A stretch of 24,000 nt of DNA, from positions 6,751,698 to 6,775,697 of the forward strand of contig NZ_JQMJ01000004.1 of the NCBI RefSeq assembly GCF_000744655.1, given 5' to 3'. The notes beneath the pieces are model-generated. The model did not search any database and had not been told where the DNA came from. It saw nothing but the letters and a program-made list of their open reading frames with translations. Made by a program: the position numbers and the translations under genes. This document shows, piece after piece, positions 17,461-24,000 of this stretch; the first letter of the stretch is position 1; every line of letters begins with the position of its first letter. This DNA comes from Streptacidiphilus rugosus AM-16. GTDB taxonomy: Bacteria > Actinomycetota > Actinomycetes > Streptomycetales > Streptomycetaceae.

Positions 17461-17481
17461 AGCGCTCAGGGAGCGCTTTTC
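17461..17481 (+). terminator. Terminator-like hairpin plus T-run on the plus strand, overlapping the rsmI stop codon
   Basis: AGCGCTC-agg-GAGCGCT followed by TTT(C). It reads as an intrinsic terminator only on the plus strand, where no annotated gene ends. Confidence 0.3.
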
Positions 17482-18311
17482 GCCGCCACCACCGCGTCGA
17501 ACACCTCGCGCTTCGGAAGTCCGGCCTCGATCGCGACCGCGGCGATGGCCTCCTTGCGGTGCTCCCCCGCGTCCACGCGGACCGCCACACGCCGGGCCAG
17601 CTCCGCCGCGTCCACCTCGGCGGGCCCGGCGGCCGGCGCCCCGGCGACCACGACGGTGATCTCGCCGCGGACGCCTGCGGCCGACCACTCGGCGAGCTCG
17701 CCGAGCGAACCGCGCTTGACCTCCTCGTACGTCTTGGTCAGCTCACGGCAGACGGCCGCCTCGCGCTCCGCGCCGAAGGCCTGCGCCATCGCCGTCAGCG
17801 AGTCCTCGATCCGGTGCGGCGACTCGAAGAACACCATGGTCCGCGGCTCCGCGCCCAGCTCCCGCAGGCGCGCACCGCGCTCGCCGCCCTTGCGGGGCAG
17901 GAAGCCCTCGAAGCAGAAGCGGTCCACCGGCAGCCCGGAGAGGGCGAGCGCGGTCAGCACGGCGGACGGACCCGGCACGGCGGTGATCCGTACCCCCGCC
18001 TCGACGGCGGCGGCTACCAGCCGGTAGCCGGGGTCGGAGACGGAGGGCATGCCGGCGTCCGTCACCAGCAGCACCCGGGCGCCGCCGCGCAACGCCTCGA
18101 CCAGCTCGGGGGTGCGGCCGACCTCGTTCCCCTCGAAGTACGAGACGACCCGCCCGGTCGGCGCGACGCCGAGCGCCTGCGCCAGCCTGCGCATCCGCCG
18201 CGTGTCCTCGGCGGCGACGATGTCCGCCTCCGCGAGCTCCTTCGCGAGCCTCGGCGGGGCGTCCTCGACGTCACCGATGGGGGTTCCAGCCAGCACGAGT
18301 AGACCTGTCAC
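17466..18311 (-). CDS. rsmI: 16S rRNA (cytidine1402-2'-O)-methyltransferase
   Basis: 281 aa with a GTG start. N-terminus LVLAGTPIGDVEDAPPRLAKELAEADIVAAEDTRR and FFESPHR, typical of the RsmI tetrapyrrole-methylase fold. It is divergent from pmt, as in other actinobacteria. Confidence 0.88.
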   Translation of the reverse strand: MTGLLVLAGTPIGDVEDAPPRLAKELAEADIVAAEDTRRMRRLAQALGVAPTGRVVSYFEGNEVGRTPELVEALRGGARVLLVTDAGMPSVSDPGYRLVAAAVEAGVRITAVPGPSAVLTALALSGLPVDRFCFEGFLPRKGGERGARLRELGAEPRTMVFFESPHRIEDSLTAMAQAFGAEREAAVCRELTKTYEEVKRGSLGELAEWSAAGVRGEITVVVAGAPAAGPAEVDAAELARRVAVRVDAGEHRKEAIAAVAIEAGLPKREVFDAVVAAKSAP

Positions 18312-18583
18312 CCGCCCATCGTCCCATCCTGCGCGCCTCCGCCCCCGCCGCCGGCCGACGGACCCGCCGTCCCGCCGGTCGGCGCCGAGAGGCTTCTACG
18401 GAAGGGACATCTGGGTGATCGCGTAGCGGCGGCGGTTCGAACGCCGACGGCGACACGGCAAGCCGGCCCCACCGAACACGGCACGCGCTGCCTTCGCCCC
18501 GCCCTGGCCCACGCCCAGGCAGCTCGCACTCGGCCACGCGCCCGGCCGTCGCGCCCTCGCCCTCGCTCTCTCCCTCGCCCGGC

Positions 18584-18612
18584 GAACTTGTCACGAAAAT
18601 CGCGACAAGTTC
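18584..18612. promoter_or_regulatory. 29-bp near-perfect palindrome, a candidate operator, in the rsmI-pmt divergent spacer
   Basis: GAACTTGTCACGAAAATCGCGACAAGTTC pairs at 12 of 14 symmetric positions. The outer 9-bp arms are perfect and the centre is AT-rich. It lies about 80 nt upstream of the pmt ORF start. Confidence 0.45.
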
Positions 18613-18691
18613 CCCCTTCCCCGCCCCTCCCGCCCCAGCGGGATCACGCGCCACCGCTGGCGCGGACAGGATCCGCCCCTACGATGCTCGC

Positions 18692-20518
18692 GTGGATGAA
18701 GACAGGACGGACACGCTGACCGCCGGCTCCCCCGCATCCGGGGAGGACGACCATGCCGGCGGCGCGAGCCCGCGGCGGCGGATGCCGCTGACGGCCTGGC
18801 AGCGCCGGCTCGGCAGGTACGGCTACCGCGCCCCCGAGCGGACGTCGCTGCGCGACCGGCTGGTGCCGCCGATGCCCGACGGCCGAGGCGTGCCGACCGG
18901 CGCGCCCTCGCCGCTGCTGGCACGGATGGGCGTCGCGCTGCCGCCCGCCCTGTGGGCGTTCCTGTGCCGCTGGGCCGGCTGGATCGGCCCGCTCGTGATC
19001 ACCGCCTTCGCGGGCCTGCTGACCTTCTGGAAGCTCGGCACGCCGAACGCGATCATCTTCGACGAGACGTACTACGCCAAGGACTCCTGGTCCATGTGGC
19101 ACTACGGCTTCGAGCGGAACTGGGCCGACAACGCCAACGCGGGCATCATGCAGACCCCGCAGCACATCCCGACGCCCACCGGCGCCGAGTTCATCGCGCA
19201 CCCCCCGGCCGGCAAGTGGGTGATCGGCCTGGGCGAGGAGCTCTTCGGGCTGAACCCCTTCGGCTGGCGCTTCATGGTCGCCGTGCTCGGCACCCTCGCG
19301 GTGCTGCTGGTCTGCCGGATCGGCCGCCGCCTCTTCCGCTCGACGCTGCTCGGCTGCGTCGCCGGACTGCTGCTGACCGTCGACGGCCTCCACCTCGTGA
19401 TGAGCCGCACCGGCCTGCTCGACCAGATGGTCATGTTCTGGGCGCTGGCCGCCTTCGGACTGCTGCTGCTGGACCGCGACCGCAGCCGGGCCAGACTCGC
19501 CGACCTGGTGGGCGCGACCGCCGACCGTCCCGACGCCGTCCCGGACGCGGCCGCGGCCGCCGCCGCACGCCTGGGCTGGCGGCCGTATCGGCTTCTGGCG
19601 GGCGTCTGTCTGGGGCTGGACTGCGCGACCAAGTGGAACGGGCTCTGGTTCGTCGCGTTCTTCGGCGTGATGACGGTTCTCTGGGACGCGGCCGCGCGGC
19701 GGACCGCCGGGGCCCGGCGGCCCTACCTGACGGCGGCGCTGCACGACGCGCCGTGGGCGTTCGTCTCCGTCGTGGTGGTCGCGCTGCTGACCTACATCGC
19801 GTCCTGGACCGGCTGGTTCGCCACCACCGGCGGGTACGACCGCACCTGGGCCGACGGCCGCAAGGGGCTGTCGCCGGACTCCTGGGGTCCGCTGCACAAC
19901 CTGCCGCAGGTCGACATGACCTGGGTGCCGGCACCGCTGCGGAGCCTGTGGCACTACCACTCGGAGATCTGGAACTTCAACACCACCCTGCACACCCCGC
20001 ACACCTACATGTCCAACCCGTGGAGCTGGCTGATCAACGGGCGGCCGGTCTCCTTCTACTACGAGTCGCCGACGGCCGGGAAGAGCGGCTGCACGGCCGC
20101 GCAGTGCGCGAGCGAGGTGCTGGGCATCGGCACCCCGCTGCTCTGGTGGACGGCGACCTTCGCGCTGGTCTACGCGCTGTACCGGTGGGCGTTCCGGCGT
20201 GACTGGCGGGCCGGGGCGATCGTGTGCGGCATCGCGGCGGGATATCTGCCGTGGTTCCAGTGGCAGCAGCGAACGATCTTCCTCTTCTACACCATCGATT
20301 TCGAGCCGTATCTTGCGCTGGCCGTCGCATTCATGATCGGCGCGATTCTCGGCTCGGCTCGGGCGCGCGGCGACCGCCGCCTGCTGGGCGGAATCGGCGC
20401 CGGGGTCCTGGTGCTGGCGATTATGGTCAACTTCCTCTATTTCCTGCCCCTCTACAACGCCGAGGTCATTCCGATCGACGACTGGCGCGGGCGTATGTGG
20501 TGGCCCACCTGGATCTGA
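18692..20518 (+). CDS. pmt: Protein O-mannosyltransferase (polyprenol-phosphate-mannose dependent, PMT family)
   Basis: 608-aa polytopic membrane protein. Has the PMT-family loop motif IFDETYYAKDSWSMWHYGFE and many hydrophobic segments. The GTG at 18692 is the first in-frame start and the true start may be downstream (for example ATG 18782). Confidence 0.85.
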   Translation: MDEDRTDTLTAGSPASGEDDHAGGASPRRRMPLTAWQRRLGRYGYRAPERTSLRDRLVPPMPDGRGVPTGAPSPLLARMGVALPPALWAFLCRWAGWIGPLVITAFAGLLTFWKLGTPNAIIFDETYYAKDSWSMWHYGFERNWADNANAGIMQTPQHIPTPTGAEFIAHPPAGKWVIGLGEELFGLNPFGWRFMVAVLGTLAVLLVCRIGRRLFRSTLLGCVAGLLLTVDGLHLVMSRTGLLDQMVMFWALAAFGLLLLDRDRSRARLADLVGATADRPDAVPDAAAAAAARLGWRPYRLLAGVCLGLDCATKWNGLWFVAFFGVMTVLWDAAARRTAGARRPYLTAALHDAPWAFVSVVVVALLTYIASWTGWFATTGGYDRTWADGRKGLSPDSWGPLHNLPQVDMTWVPAPLRSLWHYHSEIWNFNTTLHTPHTYMSNPWSWLINGRPVSFYYESPTAGKSGCTAAQCASEVLGIGTPLLWWTATFALVYALYRWAFRRDWRAGAIVCGIAAGYLPWFQWQQRTIFLFYTIDFEPYLALAVAFMIGAILGSARARGDRRLLGGIGAGVLVLAIMVNFLYFLPLYNAEVIPIDDWRGRMWWPTWI

Positions 20519-20621
20519 TTCGGATAACGGTTCACCGGCGCGGCTTCCGGTAGCAGCAGACGCACACGTACGATCCCCCACGAGCGGGGCCGGAGCGGCC
20601 CGATGTGATGGGGGGAAGAAC

Positions 20622-22313
20622 GTGAACCGTGGAGCCAAGGCGGCCGTCGCCGTGGTGGTGACTGCCATGGTGGGCGGCGCCGGGTACGGCGCCTACAACA
20701 TCGTCAACGGCGTCACGGGCGGCGGGGGGCCGTCCGCGAAGCCGACGTTCCAGCCGACGGCGCTGTCCACCACGGCGCCGACGGCGGACGCGGCGGTGAA
20801 GCAGGCCACCGCCTTCCTGCAGTCCTGGCAGGCCGGCCCCACGCGCTACGCGGACGCGGGCCACGACACCGACTCCCCGCTGACCACCGAGGCCGCGCTC
20901 CAGGCGTACCACGACGGGCTCGGGCTGACCGGCGTCACCTTCACCGCGATCACCGCGGGCGCGCCGACCACCGCGCAGGTCGACCAGGGCGGCGGCGTCT
21001 CCACCAGCGCGCCCACCACTCCGGTGACCTTCCAGGCGAGCGCGAAGGTGACCGGCGGCACCTGGACCTACCAGGGCACGCTGGACGTCCTGCAGAGCAG
21101 CAACGGCCAGACGGCGGTCCGCTGGGACCCGTCGGTGCTCTTCCCGAAGCTGAAGAGCGGCCAGACGCTCAAGGCCGGGGCGATCACCGGGGACGCCGCG
21201 TCGGTCACCGTCACCGATGCCAAGGGCGTCGCCCTGACCCCTGCGAACGCCCCCTCGCTGACCGCCGTCCTGGACAGCATCCGGGCCCACGCGAGCGGCA
21301 GCGGCGGCAACGGCGGCACCGGTGTGGAGGTTGTGGACGGCAGCGGAGGACCGGTCGCCCCGGCGACGGTCTTCACCCAGCCCAAGGCCTCCACGATCAG
21401 GACGACGCTCGACGCGCGGCTGCAGAAGCAGGCCGAGGCGGCCGCGCGCCTGCAGAAACTGCCGACCGGCGTGGTGGTGATCCGGCCGAGCGACGGGCAC
21501 ATCCTCGCCATCGCCAACACGGCGTCGAACGTGAACCTGGCGATCAACGCCCAACTGCCGCCCGGCTCGACCATGAAGATCATCACCGCGGCGGCGCTCT
21601 TCGACCACACCTCGCTCACCCCCAGCAGCACGCTCAAGTGCATGAAGACGCAGGCGGCGGGCGGGCAGGTCTTCCCCAACGAGGCCGACGTGCCGGAGAA
21701 GCCGAACGCCACGATGACCGAGGACTTCGCGCGCTCCTGCAACACCGCCTTCGTCTACGGCGGCTACCACTACCTGGTCCAGGGCGGGGCGCCGAGCTCC
21801 GTCCTGCACGACGAGGCGACGCAGGTCTTCGGTTTTGGCAACTGGTCGATCGGCGGCGACGTGCAGACGGCGAACCCCACCGTGCCCGCCAGCCCCAACG
21901 GCAGCGACAACGCGGCCGACTTCATGGGCCAGGGCGGCGACCTGGTCAGCCCGCTGGTCATGGCCTCGGTCGCCGCGACCGTCCAGGACGGCCGCTTCCA
22001 CCAGCCGATCCTGCTGCCCGACCAGCCGCAGACGCCCGCCTCGGGTTCGTTGTCCGCGTCGGACGACAGGAACCTGAAGACGATGATGCACGCGGTCGCC
22101 TATGCCCCCTACGGCACGGGCTACCCGCGGCTGAACGATCTCTCCGGCGTCGGCGCCAAGACCGGAACGGCCGAGGTCACCGGCGGCACCGATGGCTGGA
22201 TGACGGCCTACAACGGCCAGATCGCCGTCGCGTCGGTGGTCCAGGGCGGCTCCTCCGGCGTCGACACGGCCGGCTACGTGGTGCGCGCACTGCTGCAGGC
22301 CACCGGCTCCTGA
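20622..22313 (+). CDS. Class-B penicillin-binding protein (transpeptidase) with an N-terminal membrane anchor and an NTF2-like domain
   Basis: Transmembrane anchor AVAVVVTAMVGGAGYGAY. Motifs SxxK (GSTMK), SxN (SCN) and KTG(T) (AKTGTAE), in the correct order and spacing. GTG start with a G-rich Shine-Dalgarno sequence. Confidence 0.88.
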   Translation: MNRGAKAAVAVVVTAMVGGAGYGAYNIVNGVTGGGGPSAKPTFQPTALSTTAPTADAAVKQATAFLQSWQAGPTRYADAGHDTDSPLTTEAALQAYHDGLGLTGVTFTAITAGAPTTAQVDQGGGVSTSAPTTPVTFQASAKVTGGTWTYQGTLDVLQSSNGQTAVRWDPSVLFPKLKSGQTLKAGAITGDAASVTVTDAKGVALTPANAPSLTAVLDSIRAHASGSGGNGGTGVEVVDGSGGPVAPATVFTQPKASTIRTTLDARLQKQAEAAARLQKLPTGVVVIRPSDGHILAIANTASNVNLAINAQLPPGSTMKIITAAALFDHTSLTPSSTLKCMKTQAAGGQVFPNEADVPEKPNATMTEDFARSCNTAFVYGGYHYLVQGGAPSSVLHDEATQVFGFGNWSIGGDVQTANPTVPASPNGSDNAADFMGQGGDLVSPLVMASVAATVQDGRFHQPILLPDQPQTPASGSLSASDDRNLKTMMHAVAYAPYGTGYPRLNDLSGVGAKTGTAEVTGGTDGWMTAYNGQIAVASVVQGGSSGVDTAGYVVRALLQATGS

Positions 22314-22320
22314 GCCGGCG

Positions 22321-23868
22321 TCACCCGTACACCGACTGCACGTTGTCCCTGGGCTCGGGGCGGTGGTTCGCCGCCGGCCCCAGGGCGAAGGCGGTGAGCA
22401 GGTTCTCCGTCGTGCGGGTGACGAACGCCGCCGTGCGGGCGTCCATGCCGTGGTCGCCGCCGTCGTCGTGGCCGCCGGCCATCAGGCCCTCGACCCAGCG
22501 CATCGTGCCCGAGGCGAAGACGCCCGCGCCGCTGCGGGCGGTGTAGTACGCGGTGTCCGAGTGGCTGTGGTTGCCGTTGCAGACCAGGGGCGAGTGGGCC
22601 AGGATCTCGATCGGCCTGGGCGTGGGCGCGCTCGGGGTCACCCGGTCGTACTCGACGCCCACCAGGTGCGCGAACGAGTCCCCGGCCCGGACGCCCGTGC
22701 CCGCGAAGAGCCAGTGGTCGGGGGCGTGCACGACGTAGGGCGCGTCCGTCGGGTAGCCCTCGTAGAAGACCCCGGTCATGGACGACTCCGGGTCGGCGGC
22801 CGGACCCGAGCGGAAGTCCGTCGTGGTCAGCGCGCGGTTCTGCAGGTAGGCCGGGTCGTCGCGGTAGTCGGTCTTGTAGCAGACGACCGTGCGTCCCCCG
22901 TCCTCGACGCGGATGCGGCGGAAGCAGGTGTTCGCGCCGAGGAAGGCCACGTTCGTGCCCGCGTCACGCGCCTTGGTGACGGCCTGGCGCTGCTGCGGGG
23001 TCCAGTACTCGTCGTGGCCCAACGACAGCACGGCCGTCGCGCCGGCGAGGATGGACGGGTCGGTGTGGACGTCGACGCCGGTCGTGTACGCGAGCGGGAT
23101 GCCGAGCCGTTCGGCGAGCACGACCAGGGCTCGCTCGTAGACGAGGAACTTCTCGGCGCCGTTGTCGTCGTAGGGCCGGTCGAAGGAGACCTTGAGCGCG
23201 CGGGCCCCGTAGCTGCCGTCCTCGCCCTGGTAGAGGCTGGTGCCGCCCCAGGTGTTGTACGCCTGCCAGGTCGCGGTGCCGTGCATGACCAGCACCCGCC
23301 CGTGCGCGTCGGCGGAGCGGACGATCAGCGGGATCCAGCGCTGCGCGTGGTTCTCGGCGTCGAGCCTGAAGAGGTAGGCGCCCTCCGGCCAGCCGGTGGT
23401 GTCGACGGTCAGGCTCGGTTGCCAGCGCGCCTGGACCGTTCGGGTGGGCTGCACGATGACGGGTGCGGCCTGCTGGTGTCCGGCGACGCGGCCGGACCGC
23501 CAGACCAGCCGGGCCTGGGTGCCGTCGTACCAGCCGACGCGGTAGGCGGAGACGGTGAAGCCGGGGGCCGTGGTCGACACCCGCAGCGTGACCGCCTCGC
23601 CCGGGCGCACGGAGGCGCGGTCCGCGTAGCCCACGACGTCCTCGGGAGCGCCGAGGCGGGATATGCGCCAGTCGGCCGCGCCCGGCCTGCGCTGCTCCGC
23701 GGCGGCGCCCGCGGAGGCGTCGGACACGGGGGTACCGGCGTGCGCCGGATGCACGGCCTTGGGTGAGCTGCCCCCTTCACAGCCCGCCAGCCCGAGCCCC
23801 GCCCCGACGGCCGCGGCTGCCCCGAGCACGCTCCGACGCGGCAGACCGCGCTCCCCGCTCTCCACCAC
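22321..23868 (-). CDS. Tat-signal lipoprotein of unknown function; resembles the N,N-dimethylformamidase beta-subunit-like family (recollection only)
   Basis: N-terminus RRSVLGAAAAVGAGLGLAGC combines a twin-arginine motif with a lipobox Cys. The body carries VLVMHGTATWQAYNTWGGTSLY and SLGHDEYWT, motifs I associate with that family. GTG start with GAGGAGGAGG 7 nt upstream. Confidence 0.8.
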   Translation of the reverse strand: MVESGERGLPRRSVLGAAAAVGAGLGLAGCEGGSSPKAVHPAHAGTPVSDASAGAAAEQRRPGAADWRISRLGAPEDVVGYADRASVRPGEAVTLRVSTTAPGFTVSAYRVGWYDGTQARLVWRSGRVAGHQQAAPVIVQPTRTVQARWQPSLTVDTTGWPEGAYLFRLDAENHAQRWIPLIVRSADAHGRVLVMHGTATWQAYNTWGGTSLYQGEDGSYGARALKVSFDRPYDDNGAEKFLVYERALVVLAERLGIPLAYTTGVDVHTDPSILAGATAVLSLGHDEYWTPQQRQAVTKARDAGTNVAFLGANTCFRRIRVEDGGRTVVCYKTDYRDDPAYLQNRALTTTDFRSGPAADPESSMTGVFYEGYPTDAPYVVHAPDHWLFAGTGVRAGDSFAHLVGVEYDRVTPSAPTPRPIEILAHSPLVCNGNHSHSDTAYYTARSGAGVFASGTMRWVEGLMAGGHDDGGDHGMDARTAAFVTRTTENLLTAFALGPAANHRPEPRDNVQSVYG

Positions 23869-23953
23869 CGTGCCGCCTCCTCCTCAGCCGACGATCGCCC
23901 TCGAACGACCTTACGACGTCCGCGCGCGACCACCACTTCGGGAGAGTCCGGAC

Positions 23954-24000
23954 ATGGCCGCACAAGCCGTGCGGGACGAACGGCGGCGCGCCTCGGGTTG
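23954..24000 (+). CDS. Possible 5' end of a plus-strand CDS running off the right edge
   Basis: ATG at 23954 has GGAGAG 7 nt upstream and is divergent from the lipoprotein gene. Only 15 codons are visible (MAAQAVRDERRRASG), too few to judge. Confidence 0.25.
   Translation, partial: MAAQAVRDERRRASG

Noticed and set aside
18425-18460. GGTTCGAA (a T-loop-like sequence) in the rsmI-pmt spacer, considered as a possible tRNA or tRNA remnant
   Set aside because: The only stem that forms (CGGCG/CGCCG) puts the loop out of register. No matching acceptor stem, D-arm or anticodon arm could be built from the flanking sequence.
18644-22091. Long minus-strand ORFs (18644-20668, 674 aa; 20532-22091, 519 aa) antisense to pmt and the penicillin-binding protein gene
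   Set aside because: Their translations are Arg/Gly/Pro/Ala-dominated low-complexity sequence. The plus-strand products carry clear PMT-family motifs and SxxK/SxN/KTG motifs. The same reasoning removes 265-1455(+), 1465-2394(+), 2412-3434(+), 3532-4863(+), 4860-5885(+), 10147-11835(+), 11057-12874(-), 12701-14452(+), 12861-14519(-), 14716-15975(+) and 22363-23766(+).

Overview
The window is very GC-rich and almost fully coding. It looks like core chromosome of a Streptomyces-like actinomycete.

**Gene order, left to right**
- Minus strand: a partial NarL-type response regulator (missing from the ORF track; found by my own translation), fprA, then the galT-galE-galK operon, transcribed right to left.
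- Still on the minus strand: an orphan LuxR-type regulator with a degenerate receiver domain, tRNA-Thr(GGU), a Uup-like ABC-F ATPase, ispE, rsmA/ksgA, a short Rpf-domain protein, tatD and metG.
- Plus strand: a Ser/Thr kinase with two PASTA-like repeats.
- Minus strand: a small four-Cys zinc-ribbon protein and rsmI.
- Plus strand: pmt (protein O-mannosyltransferase) and a class-B penicillin-binding protein.
- Minus strand: a Tat-signal lipoprotein of unknown function.

**ORF-track caveats**
- Several long track ORFs are wrong-strand or 5'-extended artefacts of high GC. I trimmed starts to codons that have Shine-Dalgarno support.

**What I did not find**
- No CRISPR array, integrase or transposase, restriction, toxin-antitoxin or other recognisable defence genes, and no biosynthetic cluster.
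- I cannot support a claim of a new multi-gene system here.

**Points worth a second look (all modest)**
- A nest of GC-rich palindromic and tandem intergenic repeats at about 545-890, with a related copy at about 12.9 kb.
- Two unusual response regulators. One has a loop insertion next to the phospho-acceptor Asp and carries the window's only in-frame TTA codon. The other lacks the phospho-acceptor Asp and the conserved Lys.
- An Rpf protein at the rpfB-like position but without the long N-terminal domains.
- A PASTA kinase plus zinc-ribbon gene pair lying between metG and rsmI.
- A structured 260-bp spacer with a plus-strand terminator-like hairpin.
- A 29-bp AT-centred palindrome in the long rsmI-pmt divergent spacer.

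All homology calls come from motifs read by eye, not from database searches.
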